A DNA stretch of 34,893 nucleotides from a virus (IMGVR_UViG_3300006127_000048:1-34893), one strand, 5' to 3'. Shown: positions 24,653 through 34,893, counted from the first letter of the stretch. Notes: generated by a model not told the origin, from the sequence alone. A program made the numbers and translations.

Positions 24653-26210
24653 ACTCCGTTAAGAACGATTGCACTGGTTTGTTTACTAAACCCGGAGCTG
24701 AAGCGACTAAACCTTTAATTAAATGACTAACAGTGTTAGAGTCTCCATTTTCTAATGCTGATGCCAACTTTGATTTTACCAATGCACTGGTCGTATGCCA
24801 TGCAGGACTATTCACAAAATCAGATAATCCTTTCATGATAGCACTTCCAATTATAGGATGACCACTAGGTAATCCACTCATTGCACCTATACCGCCAGCT
24901 ATACCTTTTCTAATTACTCCGCTTTGTCCAGTCTTTCTGTTTATTGTATTTTCAAGGACTTGTGATGCTTTTGACCAGAAACTAAAATCTTTATTCAGTT
25001 TCGCAATATTAGGATATTGCTTAGCAAACTCACTTCGGATCGAATTAGATAATTCTAACCGAGCTGATTTATTTACTGTATCCAATGCAGTAGGAGAAAA
25101 ACCACCCCTAGTGGCATTGTCTATTGACTGTCTCAATTTTCTTACATTTGCCACATCTGAAAATATCTTTTGTCCGTCTTCCGAGGGAGTAAGACCTATA
25201 TTTGCAAGGTCTTGTGTCATAGTGGTAAGTGCTTCTGCATCCGCTTTATTAGTCGAAGGCAATTTTCCATTTATGTACAAATCACTGATTTTTTGATTTA
25301 GATTCTTGAAAAGATTTGTAACTTCAAACTTTGCATCCTGTGGAAGTGCTTGATATCCATTCTCCAAATCTTCACTAGCTTTTTCCATATTACCCTGATA
25401 CTTTTCAAGTAATCCTTCACGAGAGGTTGAAATAATACCTTTCTGTGCCAATTGAGGAGCTATTTTTTGAGTAATAGCTTTGTCTTCTTTACCTGTAGGG
25501 TTCAATACATTCGTTATATCTTTTGTGGCACTTTTTTGTAACGAACCTTCACCTGCTCCTCCAAACTTATTAGCCAATCCACCAGTCACACCACCTAATA
25601 CTGCACTGATATCATTATTTATATCCAAAGGATTTATTGACTGACCAATATCTTTTCCTTGTGAAAGATTAGAGGCAACACCCATACCATAACCAGTAGT
25701 TGCTCCTCCAATAATTCCTTTTCCTGATAATGCCTTAGAGATTAAATTACCACCTTTTGTAGCATCAGCAATAGCTCCTGCACCCTCTACGCCAGCTTGT
25801 ACGCCTCGTGCAGCTTCTCCAAACTCACCTAATCCGGGAATAAAAGGAAGTATCGAAAGAGCGGCATCTCCAACTTGTTGTAAACCTGTCTTAGTACCAT
25901 CACCTTTAATATCGTGGTACACATCCCCTACTATAGGAAATGCAAAATCTGCTGCATTTTTAATTGCTCCCCCAAAATCACCTTTTTGTATATCACCTAA
26001 AAATCCACTATCTCCTGTTGAAGAAGCGCCAGGTACAACAGGAGCTTGTCCATATTTCTGTTGATACTCTGCTCTCGTCATTTTAACTGGTTGAGCAGTA
26101 TTATCTTGTTGAGGTTGAGAAGGTGTAATCTGATTATTTTGTGCATCTGAAATAGGCGGAGGCGCTCCGTAGGTTGCCTGATATTGCGCTCGTGTCATTG
26201 AAATTGGCAT
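24633..26210 (-). CDS. Putative DNA ejection / internal virion protein
   Basis: 525 aa, Gly/Ala-rich helical with hydrophobic patches, in the position of P22 gp16-like genes. Confidence 0.6.
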   Translation of the reverse strand: MPISMTRAQYQATYGAPPPISDAQNNQITPSQPQQDNTAQPVKMTRAEYQQKYGQAPVVPGASSTGDSGFLGDIQKGDFGGAIKNAADFAFPIVGDVYHDIKGDGTKTGLQQVGDAALSILPFIPGLGEFGEAARGVQAGVEGAGAIADATKGGNLISKALSGKGIIGGATTGYGMGVASNLSQGKDIGQSINPLDINNDISAVLGGVTGGLANKFGGAGEGSLQKSATKDITNVLNPTGKEDKAITQKIAPQLAQKGIISTSREGLLEKYQGNMEKASEDLENGYQALPQDAKFEVTNLFKNLNQKISDLYINGKLPSTNKADAEALTTMTQDLANIGLTPSEDGQKIFSDVANVRKLRQSIDNATRGGFSPTALDTVNKSARLELSNSIRSEFAKQYPNIAKLNKDFSFWSKASQVLENTINRKTGQSGVIRKGIAGGIGAMSGLPSGHPIIGSAIMKGLSDFVNSPAWHTTSALVKSKLASALENGDSNTVSHLIKGLVASAPGLVNKPVQSFLTEFNNPQI

Positions 26211-26211
26211 G

Positions 26212-27744
26212 TTAGTCAGTGATTATTATTTGTGTTCCATCTGGTGCAGTTACTGTTGGACCAACTTGACCTGCTGAAGGGTTAGGATTTCTTCCACCAC
26301 TAATATCTCCTGCAGCCGTTTGATAACCGCTAATCTTCTTTTGAGCCTGTGCATCAAGACCTTGAATAACTTGCTGGATTGTCGATCCCTTAGCCAGAGT
26401 ATTTATCAATCCTTGTGCAGTAGCACGAGACGAATCAGTTGAAGCACCAGGATTAAGTATTTGAGCATAGGTTGCTGCAATATCTGTCATCTGATTCAGC
26501 AAAGTCTGGTATTGAGGATCACTTGTATTTGAAGCAATGGCTTGAACTGCTGAGTTTGCCGCAGTTATGTTAGATGGATTAAAGTTTTTAGATGTCGCAA
26601 GTTGTCCTATCAACGCATTACTCATATTTGAAACACTGTCTCGTATACCACTTAATTCGCCTGCAGTCTGAGTATTAGATGCTATAGCACCTGCATTACC
26701 TGCTATTTGTCCTGCCTCATATACAGAATTTGCTCCTGCTTTTCCGTAAGTAGATTGCTGATATGTAGGAGAGTTTTTCAAGTAATTATTTTGGAAGTTT
26801 TGTAGATTTTCAGCAGGGGTTTGTGATTGGTCATACTTGAATGACTGTCCATTAGCGTCTTTCGCATCAGGATATGAACCTATAAGATTATTGACCTGTT
26901 GAGCGTTCTGGTATCCCTCATATCCACCAAGACCGCCAGCGATAGGCTGAGCATTATATGGATTGACTTCAGTCGTTCCAGGGGCTACCGCTACTGGGGT
27001 ATATCCTTTCTCTAGTTGACTCTCTCTGTTATTAAAACCTGATTGCAAAGCTGACATTTCAAGTCCTAGATTTCCTTCTTCCTGTGCGGTTTTCATAGCA
27101 TTGAAACTTCCTGCACCTGTTTGATTATTAAAGAAATCTGCTGTTGTAGGACTAGATAGAGCATTTCCGTATTGGTCTGTTACGAATTTATTTTGATTGC
27201 CTTGTATATTGGCTTCTTGACCAGCAACATTTTCTATGTTTGCGTTTATTGCCGACAATAGAGGGTCATTCAACATAGCGTTATCAGTAGTTGAAGGATT
27301 TGTCGTAGTTGTAGCAGGATTTTTTGCGACTGGTGTTGTAGGAGTTGTAGGAGTTGTTGTACCAATACCATATCCAAGAGAGTTATTGCCTGTATTTGCA
27401 GGTGTTCCACTACCTGTTGGCTGAGGAGAATTAGCTACTTTAGGAGCATATAATCCATTTGTAGCAATATTTTTATTTGCGTCAGCAGGTGAAACTTGAT
27501 TATATAACTGACTTACTAAATCGTTACTTTTTGCACCTTGACTTATAACATTTGATTGTGCAGAAGTATTAGCAGGATGTTGGACTGCTGTTGAACTGGC
27601 TACTTTAGACGGATCAGTTTGTCCGACTGGAGCAGGAGTATTTACTGGACTATTAGTATTTCCTTGTCCAAAAGAAAGCATACTGGAAAGATTAAAAGGT
27701 TTGTTTATTGCGTTCAGTCCTTGACTAATGTTTGGTATTGGCAT
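26212..27744 (-). CDS. Putative DNA ejection / internal virion protein
   Basis: 510 aa, N/Q/T/A-rich, no Cys or Trp; follows the tail hub gene. Confidence 0.6.
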   Translation of the reverse strand: MPIPNISQGLNAINKPFNLSSMLSFGQGNTNSPVNTPAPVGQTDPSKVASSTAVQHPANTSAQSNVISQGAKSNDLVSQLYNQVSPADANKNIATNGLYAPKVANSPQPTGSGTPANTGNNSLGYGIGTTTPTTPTTPVAKNPATTTTNPSTTDNAMLNDPLLSAINANIENVAGQEANIQGNQNKFVTDQYGNALSSPTTADFFNNQTGAGSFNAMKTAQEEGNLGLEMSALQSGFNNRESQLEKGYTPVAVAPGTTEVNPYNAQPIAGGLGGYEGYQNAQQVNNLIGSYPDAKDANGQSFKYDQSQTPAENLQNFQNNYLKNSPTYQQSTYGKAGANSVYEAGQIAGNAGAIASNTQTAGELSGIRDSVSNMSNALIGQLATSKNFNPSNITAANSAVQAIASNTSDPQYQTLLNQMTDIAATYAQILNPGASTDSSRATAQGLINTLAKGSTIQQVIQGLDAQAQKKISGYQTAAGDISGGRNPNPSAGQVGPTVTAPDGTQIIITD

Positions 27745-27755
27745 GTTATTTATTA

Positions 27756-29540
27756 TTAAGAAGCTATTACTTCAGGCTTTTCGACTACCTGTACTTGTTC
27801 TAATTCATCGTTACCCAAGAACTGCATACAGACTTTAAGCTGAATCTTTGTGTCGTTATTATTTATAGGAAAAGAAAACTTTGAAAACTGAGGTTTTAGA
27901 GTTGTAGTTGGTGTTATTGTACCAAGTTTAATCCAATGTGTAAAACGAGCCGTAGCAGTATTTGTCCCCACTCCTGTGAAAGTGTCATCGAGCGCAACAG
28001 TCAGACCACTATTTGTTATTGATGTGATGTGAGCTGACTTTCCCCCACCATATCCTTGTACTATTTCGACCTCATCTCCAACAGCATAACCAGCAGTAAT
28101 TACGGAAGAAGATGCTGTGAAAGAAGATGTATTTATCCAAGTGATTGACTGCTCTGTAGGTATGTCAACGATAGAACGATATTTCAAAACTATCTCATCT
28201 GCACTATTCAATAATTTTCTATAACGTGCATATACCATTCCCCACATACTTTCTATGTTTGATGAGTACATTTCAGGAGTGATTATATAACCCCATTTCT
28301 GAGTAGTATTTAGAGAATCGTTTGTATTTATTCCAGTTGAAAATGCTGTACTGCCACCGAATAATAAATTACCTGCATATGATCCAGCACCAGAATAAAC
28401 ATTTGCGTCTACTAAAGCGCCTACACCAGTTACATAGTTTTGTCCATAGTCAGTTATGGTTGTTGTCCCCACCCCAGTATTTGTGAATGATGCTTTATGA
28501 TACAGACCTACAGACGGCTCATACTCCCAGACACCTGAAGGACAGTAAGGCTCTATACCAGTATCAACAGCATTATTGACAAGTATATTTATTTTATCCC
28601 ATGAAACTGTCATACCATTTGGATGAATGAAACGACTGTTATAGAAAGTATTAGCACCACTCAATAATCTTTTATTATAAAGAGGAAGTCTTGCAATTTC
28701 TACAAAGTTAGCTCCGTTATATTCCATTAAAAATCCTCGTGCATCTATGATGTAAGGTATATCGTTCAAAACAACACATGAATATGCTCCGTTAGATTTA
28801 AGTTCAATTTGCTTATCAAAAGTTATAGGAGAAATACCATCCCAGACGAAAACATATCCATGTCCACCTAGTGTACTCATAGTACCTATGAACATTCTAT
28901 TTTGAGCTACCTTCATGAACGTAATAGATAGGTTGTTTGCATTTGCAGTTTTTACAGTTATCGTGTTCTGGTTTCCTACAGTATTTCCTGCATTTGATAT
29001 ATTCCACGAAACGATATCCGTAAGATTATTACTCATGTACATCAAGTTGTTGAATACACAAAGTAAATGAGGAGTATTGCCTACAACACTTAATCCTGTA
29101 ACTGGAGTAGACCATGTTGCACCATTGTACATATATATATTTGAACCAGAGCCTGTTACATATAACTGTCCATAAGCATAGGTAGTAGCATTAAATATTT
29201 CCATATCTGTATAACGAGAATCTAAATCAGTAGGAGTGCTTGCAGTAGCGTCTTTCGTAAAACCACCAGAAGGATTCAATGTAGAAGTCATATAGACATA
29301 TCTACCTGCTGCCGTTACCCATTTATTATTATAAGGTTTTATTGCCACAGGAACGTCATCAGTTGCGGTATTAAACATTCCTCTAGGAGATACACGAATC
29401 TTTCCTTTATTAGTATATAAGTCACAATTAAAAGTACCAGTAAAATCTCCTAATACAGTAGATGTATTGAGTTGAAGAAGGTCAATGTTTGTTTCTCCTA
29501 CTCCGAAATTTTTGAATGATGATGGTATTACGATTGTCAT
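27756..29540 (-). CDS. Tail hub / nozzle-like beta-propeller protein (P22 gp10-like)
   Basis: About 594 aa of beta-rich repeats, lying between adaptor and ejection genes; start re-set to 29540. Confidence 0.65.
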   Translation of the reverse strand: MTIVIPSSFKNFGVGETNIDLLQLNTSTVLGDFTGTFNCDLYTNKGKIRVSPRGMFNTATDDVPVAIKPYNNKWVTAAGRYVYMTSTLNPSGGFTKDATASTPTDLDSRYTDMEIFNATTYAYGQLYVTGSGSNIYMYNGATWSTPVTGLSVVGNTPHLLCVFNNLMYMSNNLTDIVSWNISNAGNTVGNQNTITVKTANANNLSITFMKVAQNRMFIGTMSTLGGHGYVFVWDGISPITFDKQIELKSNGAYSCVVLNDIPYIIDARGFLMEYNGANFVEIARLPLYNKRLLSGANTFYNSRFIHPNGMTVSWDKINILVNNAVDTGIEPYCPSGVWEYEPSVGLYHKASFTNTGVGTTTITDYGQNYVTGVGALVDANVYSGAGSYAGNLLFGGSTAFSTGINTNDSLNTTQKWGYIITPEMYSSNIESMWGMVYARYRKLLNSADEIVLKYRSIVDIPTEQSITWINTSSFTASSSVITAGYAVGDEVEIVQGYGGGKSAHITSITNSGLTVALDDTFTGVGTNTATARFTHWIKLGTITPTTTLKPQFSKFSFPINNNDTKIQLKVCMQFLGNDELEQVQVVEKPEVIAS

Positions 29541-29544
29541 GTTA

Positions 29545-30369
29545 TTATGTTTTGATGATAAATGAAACAACTAAAGACGGCTGAATGTTGTTATGCGCTC
29601 CACCACCACCAGTTGATCCAGTATTTCCTATATTTATAATCGTGTTATAAGCAGAAGTAGTAGGATAAGAAGTACCTGATGCAAATTGTCCTGTTGTTTG
29701 TGGATGAGTATGGGCAGGCATTTCTGTAATAGAAAGTGTATGAGTTGCTTCACCGACTGCGCCACCTAGAGTACCGAAGTTTGTGTCGCCTGATTTATAA
29801 CCAGCAGGAACATTACCTCTTAAATCTGGCACGTTAAAATGAGAACCGTCTGCACTTCCATAAGTCGTACCAATGACCGCAAAAAGTGCTGCATAAGTAC
29901 CTGAGCGAGCATATGATGTGCCATCACACAAGACATATCCTGTAGGAGCAGATGAACCACCAAAAGCAGATATTGTACCAGTCGGAGCAGAAGATGAAGA
30001 AATTAAACTCCATGTTGTTGCGCCGTTTGTGTTTATATAGACAGTTGCATTATCTGTTCTTGAATATAAAGTACCTTCAGGAGCGTTAAATGTAGGCGCA
30101 CCAGAACCAGAAGTTATAGGAGCATTTACAGGAACATTCCAAAGTTTGCCATTATAAGTTATTTGAAGATAACTAGGTGAAGATTCGAGAGTAGGATTTG
30201 TTGCACCTGATAGGACACCTGCATATTGAGTACCAAAAATTACAGCACGCTGAACATTACTGCGAATTTCATGTGGCATTGTATAGCTTATTTGATTCTG
30301 CTCCAAATAAGAACATCTTATTGAAAGAGCTTGTATAGAATCATTAAGTTTTTTAATATCGTTATCCAT
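29545..30369 (-). CDS. Tail collar-domain fibre protein
   Basis: PTGTISAFGGSSAPTGYVLCDG...YAALFAVIGTTYG...FNVPDLRG...HTLSITEMPAHTH...HNNIQPSLVVSFIIK. Confidence 0.92.
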   Translation of the reverse strand: MDNDIKKLNDSIQALSIRCSYLEQNQISYTMPHEIRSNVQRAVIFGTQYAGVLSGATNPTLESSPSYLQITYNGKLWNVPVNAPITSGSGAPTFNAPEGTLYSRTDNATVYINTNGATTWSLISSSSAPTGTISAFGGSSAPTGYVLCDGTSYARSGTYAALFAVIGTTYGSADGSHFNVPDLRGNVPAGYKSGDTNFGTLGGAVGEATHTLSITEMPAHTHPQTTGQFASGTSYPTTSAYNTIINIGNTGSTGGGGAHNNIQPSLVVSFIIKT

Positions 30370-30371
30370 TA

Positions 30372-31532
30372 TTATTGATTAGTTGACGAACCTGTGATGT
30401 TCACAGCCAAATTAGGATTGATGAGACTCTTACCAAAATCATCATGTACAGTCGGATCAGTAGACTTATTACCGAAGTCAATCATCATCTGTGCAAATGA
30501 TTTATCTGCCTTTTCCGTATATGCTCTTGCTCTTTCTGGGTCAACAGAAATAGTCTCGTAGTATTGAGCGACTGCCATATAAATAGGAATGACTTGATAT
30601 GCTTCTGGTATTTGTGAAGTTTCTCCGATGAGATAAGTAGCTGAACCTGATGATATAGCAACACCTTGATAGCCTTTTTTAAGTGCCAAAGTAGTTGTGT
30701 TGTAAACAGTCTCTACTTTGTAATAAATACCATCTCCTGTCGTTGGTGCAATCTGCATATACCAGCCTTGCATATAAGTAGCCCATGATGTACCACTTCC
30801 TGTAACGATTGAACCGCCAGTCGCAGTATTGATAGTAACTGCTGTTGTCTCAGCAGAAACAAGTCCAAAAGTCCAAGTAACCGTAGTTGCACCATTTGTT
30901 AAGGTCACAAGCCTTTTTTCGCCTGTATTAAAGACCATTTCATAGGTATCTGTAGGAAGTGTCCAATTAGACGATAAAGTAGCCGACAAAGCCCCTACAA
31001 TAGGCGTGGCGGTGAGTGTGGCAGTAAATGGTACTGATACTATAGTTCCTGTCGTATAATCGGGCTGTGAGAAGTTTTTAGAGTCTTCCTGATAGCGAAT
31101 AGTTGCCTGATTGTAACCAACCGCAGGTTTAGGATAGAGACCTACTTGACCATCATAAAAGAAATAATACTGTGGAATGTCAGATTGAATATTCTGATTC
31201 ATATTTAAGGTGATCCAACGTTCCATCGAAGGACATTCTTCAGGTTGCCAATTAAATCCTGCTACCGCTGGAATTGTACCGCTATTGTTATTCACCAAAA
31301 CTGAAAGTGTAATAATTTTACGGACATTCTGTGGCATTTCATAGAATTGAACACCAGGATATGTAACCATCGAAACACTATTCGTTCGCTCGGTATAGAT
31401 AGAAGGTATTTTATGTACTGTTTCATTGTCATATTGCTGTAATTGTGTAGCAAAAAAAGCATCAAACGAAGTGGTGTTCGTATTGTTTGTGAGTTGCTTT
31501 GCGAGTTGTAGAGAGCCTGTGTATGTATACAT
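30372..31532 (-). CDS. Head-tail adaptor-like protein with inserted beta domains
   Basis: N-terminal helix, GLYPKP motif and helical C-terminus IPEAYQVIPIYMAVAQYY; upstream of the hub gene. Confidence 0.6.
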   Translation of the reverse strand: MYTYTGSLQLAKQLTNNTNTTSFDAFFATQLQQYDNETVHKIPSIYTERTNSVSMVTYPGVQFYEMPQNVRKIITLSVLVNNNSGTIPAVAGFNWQPEECPSMERWITLNMNQNIQSDIPQYYFFYDGQVGLYPKPAVGYNQATIRYQEDSKNFSQPDYTTGTIVSVPFTATLTATPIVGALSATLSSNWTLPTDTYEMVFNTGEKRLVTLTNGATTVTWTFGLVSAETTAVTINTATGGSIVTGSGTSWATYMQGWYMQIAPTTGDGIYYKVETVYNTTTLALKKGYQGVAISSGSATYLIGETSQIPEAYQVIPIYMAVAQYYETISVDPERARAYTEKADKSFAQMMIDFGNKSTDPTVHDDFGKSLINPNLAVNITGSSTNQ

Positions 31533-31536
31533 ATAT

Positions 31537-32238
31537 TTATATAAAATTAAGTAAAAAAGCTGCATTGGTAGTTGAAGCTGTATATGTTAAACGAACATAA
31601 CCTCCTGCACCGATTCCACCAGATGTACCAGAACCGTAAGAACCTGAACCACCACCACCGTAGTTATTTCCAGTAGAACCATTACCACTACTTTGTGCGC
31701 CTTGTGCGCCTGCGCCAGCAATACCACCAGAAGCAGCAGAACCACCTCCATTACCTGTAGTTGTTCCACCATTACCACCTGTATCGGCTGCACCACCACC
31801 ACCACCACCATAGTATGATCCAGCGTCTTTTCCATTTATTCCACCATCGCCACCACTATAAACAGTATCTCCTATACCTGAACCAGAAGCTCCACCTGCA
31901 CCTCCACCGCCACCATTTTTCTGACCACCTTTACCACCTTTAGCTAAAACTGTGCCAGAAGTAGAGAACCATGAATCATTACCGTCTCCTCCATTTACAG
32001 ATGATGTACCAGCAGTTCCACCAGTTCCGACAGTTACAGTATAAGTATTACCAGGAGTAACGACTATAGTATTCTTTTTTGAATAAGCCCCTCCACCACC
32101 ACCAGATCCGCCACTTGTAGGAATTGAACCATTTGAACCACCAGCACCACCTCCAGCACCCCACACTTCTACTTGAACAGAAGTAACCCCTGCTGGAGCT
32201 GTCCATGTTGTTGTAGTTGTAAAGGTTTGTACTGACAT
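31537..32238 (-). CDS. Glycine-rich domain virion protein
   Basis: TWTAPAGVTSVQVEVWGAGGGAG...GGGGGAYS...VTPGNTYTVTVGTGG...GAGGYVRLTY. Confidence 0.85.
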   Translation of the reverse strand: MSVQTFTTTTTWTAPAGVTSVQVEVWGAGGGAGGSNGSIPTSGGSGGGGGAYSKKNTIVVTPGNTYTVTVGTGGTAGTSSVNGGDGNDSWFSTSGTVLAKGGKGGQKNGGGGGAGGASGSGIGDTVYSGGDGGINGKDAGSYYGGGGGGAADTGGNGGTTTGNGGGSAASGGIAGAGAQGAQSSGNGSTGNNYGGGGSGSYGSGTSGGIGAGGYVRLTYTASTTNAAFLLNFI

Positions 32239-32239
32239 A

Positions 32240-33307
32240 TTATTGTGTGGCAATTAAATATCCTTCAAAAGTATTTGACCCGGTACAGCGAAATCCGTAT
32301 GAAGTATATCCGTTAGATGTAGTCGTTTGAACAGGAGCAGTACCACCTGAAGTAATCCATGTAATACCAGAAAACCACGTTACTGTATATGAAGTACCTG
32401 AACCTTGTTTTACAACCACCATAAAACATTGACCTATTGAAAAATTTGATTGTGTAAATGTTTCAGAAGCCGCCAATGTTCGAGTAAAGATATTGGCAGT
32501 AGAACCATCAAGAGCTTGCGCAACCATTGCCGTAACAGTGTTTATAATCTTCTGAAATGTCTTAGCTCCCGTCACAGTCTCCGCATTTCCAAGTGTCATA
32601 GCTGTACCAGATGAAGCTGGTCCAGTTAAGGTAACACCATCGGGAATAGTCAAAGTTGAACCAGTAGCAGGAGCTGTAATTGTTACTTTATTTATAGTTG
32701 TTGCTGATGCTACGCCAAGTGTAGGAGTAGTAAGAACTGGTGATGTAAGAGTCTTATTTGTTAAAGTATCCGTCGAATTTTTGCTGACAAGTGTATCTGT
32801 TGCACCTGTAGGTAATGTGAGTATTCCACCAGAAACAGTAATTGATGCGATGCTAGGAGTAGTGAGAGATGGCGAACCAGACAATACGACAGTCGAACCT
32901 GAACCTGTCGTTGTGGCGGCTGAAATTGCTGTGCCATTACCTGCAAGGACAGGAGCATTTATTGTCGTGGAAAGAGTAATAGCAGGCGTAGTAGTCGCTG
33001 TGGCGACTGTTCCAGCTAATCCATTAGCTGATACCACAGAGACAGATGTAACCGTTCCTGTCGCACCAGTATTCGTTATAGTAGTAGTTCCTGCCACCGT
33101 AGCCACAGATATACCTGTGCCAGCAGCAATTACCTGTGCTTGTGTTGTATCTCCATTTATAGAAAGAATACCACTGCTTGCAGTAGCATTGGTAAGGACA
33201 CGATGAGTGACAGGGTCTACGGCGACAGTAACAGGAGTAGAATAGTCTACGTTTGATACTCCTACGAGAGTTGCGACACTATTGACATCTTTGATTGAAT
33301 ATCCCAT
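32240..33307 (-). CDS. Thr-rich fibre / virion decoration protein
   Basis: 355 aa with fibre-type motifs GTVTSVSV and TLTNKTLTSP. Confidence 0.75.
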   Translation of the reverse strand: MGYSIKDVNSVATLVGVSNVDYSTPVTVAVDPVTHRVLTNATASSGILSINGDTTQAQVIAAGTGISVATVAGTTTITNTGATGTVTSVSVVSANGLAGTVATATTTPAITLSTTINAPVLAGNGTAISAATTTGSGSTVVLSGSPSLTTPSIASITVSGGILTLPTGATDTLVSKNSTDTLTNKTLTSPVLTTPTLGVASATTINKVTITAPATGSTLTIPDGVTLTGPASSGTAMTLGNAETVTGAKTFQKIINTVTAMVAQALDGSTANIFTRTLAASETFTQSNFSIGQCFMVVVKQGSGTSYTVTWFSGITWITSGGTAPVQTTTSNGYTSYGFRCTGSNTFEGYLIATQ

Positions 33308-33311
33308 ATAT

Positions 33312-33584
33312 TTATGTACTTTTTGTTAGGAGATTACCGTTGCTATCCGCATATATAGCTACAGGGGTAGTAAAATCTGCTGATGACACGCCAATGAGTA
33401 CCGATACTCCGTTGTCATCTTTAATAGCACGAGTGAATCCATAATCAGTTCCTGTAGTGCCGTCAGAAATGCAAAGTGCGTGAGTAGTCGGAACGACATA
33501 CACTCTCTGTATAGTTACACCGTCTGTATTTAAAGGACAGATGAGTGTTGATACGCTATTTACATCTTTGGTGGCATTACTCAT
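33312..33584 (-). CDS. Small virion protein made of two copies of a ~45-aa module
   Basis: KDVNSVSTLI... and KDDNGVSVLIGVSSADFTTPVAI resemble the N-terminus of the next gene. Confidence 0.7.
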   Translation of the reverse strand: MSNATKDVNSVSTLICPLNTDGVTIQRVYVVPTTHALCISDGTTGTDYGFTRAIKDDNGVSVLIGVSSADFTTPVAIYADSNGNLLTKST

Positions 33585-33586
33585 GT

Positions 33587-34018
33587 TTATTCAAGTGCTT
33601 TAGTAAGTTTATCGACCTTTGTTTGAAAATCTCTTTTATCTTCTGCTAGATTTGCTACTGCTACTTGATGTGTCGCTTTTTCGTTTTCCAACTGACTTCT
33701 TTCGACATCAAGTTTTGAGCGCTCAGCAGAAATTTCTGAACGAATCCTATTAGCTTCGACTTTGACCGAATCAAGCTCTTTGTTCGCTTCTGCGACTTGT
33801 GTTTTAATGTCTTCATTTCTTTTTACGAGTGAATTATATTCCTCGCTGGCTGCCTGTTTATCAGCTATCAGAGCTTCTGTGCTGTCAATGACCTTTTTCT
33901 TATCAGCAGTTAAATTAAGAATCTCTGATTGTATTCCACGAAGAACGATAGTAAGGTTTCGTTCCTCTGCTTTGAGTTGAGCAATATTATATTTTAGTAC
34001 GTCTTCTTCGGTTTTCAT
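33587..34018 (-). CDS. Coiled-coil protein
   Basis: 143 aa with a continuous heptad pattern. Confidence 0.75.
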   Translation of the reverse strand: MKTEEDVLKYNIAQLKAEERNLTIVLRGIQSEILNLTADKKKVIDSTEALIADKQAASEEYNSLVKRNEDIKTQVAEANKELDSVKVEANRIRSEISAERSKLDVERSQLENEKATHQVAVANLAEDKRDFQTKVDKLTKALE

Positions 34019-34023
34019 ATTTT

Positions 34024-34320
34024 TTACATGTCATATGCTACGTAACTCGGTGTACCCGACGAAGCCACCGTTATAATACCTCCATAAACACATTCTCCTG
34101 CTTCTACGATTGCACCACCTGAACCATCAGCAGCACCAGCACCACCTTTTAAAATGATGTCGTAGCTCGATGTTGTAGCGCCTGACCCGAACTTCACATA
34201 TAGTGCGCCTGTGTCAAGATTCTGAATCGAGAAGAATCTACGATCAACAAACGCTGCGAGAGCTGTAGTGCTATTTGAAGCACCATTTGTTCTCGTATTG
34301 ATTGATTGTCTTTGTATCAT
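34024..34320 (-). CDS. Small beta-rich virion protein
   Basis: 98 aa; RRFFSIQNLDTGALYVKFG motif. Confidence 0.65.
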   Translation of the reverse strand: MIQRQSINTRTNGASNSTTALAAFVDRRFFSIQNLDTGALYVKFGSGATTSSYDIILKGGAGAADGSGGAIVEAGECVYGGIITVASSGTPSYVAYDM

Positions 34321-34893
34321 TTTTTTAAGTGATTAAGTGTGATTTCTAATGTTGCGTATTTGTCTGCAATCTGTCTATCCTTATCGTTCAATTCCTTTTC
34401 TTTGACTTTGAGTTGAGCTTCCTTATCATCAAGTTCGTAACCTCTCTCACGGAGATAATCCAGTTTTGAGGCTATTTCTATGTCCCTTTTAGCATATTCC
34501 GAATGAAGTGAATCTATTTTGAATAAATATTCATTCTCTCGCTCTTTAAGGACTTTTTCTTTGTAAAGGACTTGTTGCTCACGCTTATCAAGGTCAAGTT
34601 TCTTTTCTCCAAGCCTGTCTGATAAGTCTTCGGTATCTGATATCAGCTTATCGGCTTTAAGCTCTCGCTCAAATGCTGACTGCTCTTTATCAGATATGAA
34701 TAACTCTCGGACTTGAACATTCGTCTCCCTTTCTTGTACAGCCTTCTCTCTTTCGATTAAAGGTTTTTCAAGATGAGTACGCTCCTGTCTTTTAAAGATA
34801 AGGACATTCTCCAGATCGGCTATATCTTTAGACTTTTGCTCTTTTGAAGCATTGTACTCAGATTCCAGTTGTACCATTTTGTCCTTAAAGATA
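34317..34893 (-). CDS. Long coiled-coil protein, probably 5'-truncated
   Basis: E/K/R-rich heptads; the frame stays open upstream of ATG 34877 to the window edge. Confidence 0.7.
   Translation of the reverse strand, partial: IFKDKMVQLESEYNASKEQKSKDIADLENVLIFKRQERTHLEKPLIEREKAVQERETNVQVRELFISDKEQSAFERELKADKLISDTEDLSDRLGEKKLDLDKREQQVLYKEKVLKERENEYLFKIDSLHSEYAKRDIEIASKLDYLRERGYELDDKEAQLKVKEKELNDKDRQIADKYATLEITLNHLKK

Noticed and set aside
31761-31943. His-rich plus-strand ORF
   Set aside because: It is an antisense artefact of GGT-rich codons in the glycine-rich gene.
21995-33307. Diversity-generating retroelement targeting the fibre genes
   Set aside because: No reverse transcriptase is present, and no template/variable repeat pair was seen by eye. 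A self-alignment would confirm this.

Overview
This window is most of the genome of a tailed dsDNA phage with a P22-like podovirus gene layout, read in standard code 11. The minus-strand left arm (7449 down to 1) carries small membrane and Zn-finger genes, groES-groEL, terS, a GpA-type terL and a portal that runs off the left edge. The plus-strand block (7673-17542) holds early genes: a replisome-organizer-type initiator with an iteron-like repeat, three orphan adenine methyltransferases, a membrane-anchored lytic transglycosylase, ERF, a YqaJ exonuclease, an SSB-like protein, a resolvase and a NinB-like protein. The minus-strand right arm (34893 down to 18358) encodes virion, tail and ejection proteins, an LVIVD-repeat fibre, a glycosyltransferase-methyltransferase pair and a lysis cassette built on a papain-like protease. 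No capsid, integrase, repressor, DNA polymerase, tRNA or CRISPR array was recognised. The capsid probably lies just outside the window. The gene starts inspected mostly lack Shine-Dalgarno (SD) motifs while promoters are canonical sigma70, which suggests a Patescibacteria/CPR-like host (inference only). The most unusual signals are a self-contained three-gene micro-operon with strong SD sites flanked by two inward-pointing sRNA-like units (17567-18377), an initiator gene cut by in-frame stops inside its repeat, DnaA boxes beside several promoters, leaderless ORFs running into structured leaders, and a phage GroEL/GroES pair. All calls are by eye; no searches were run.
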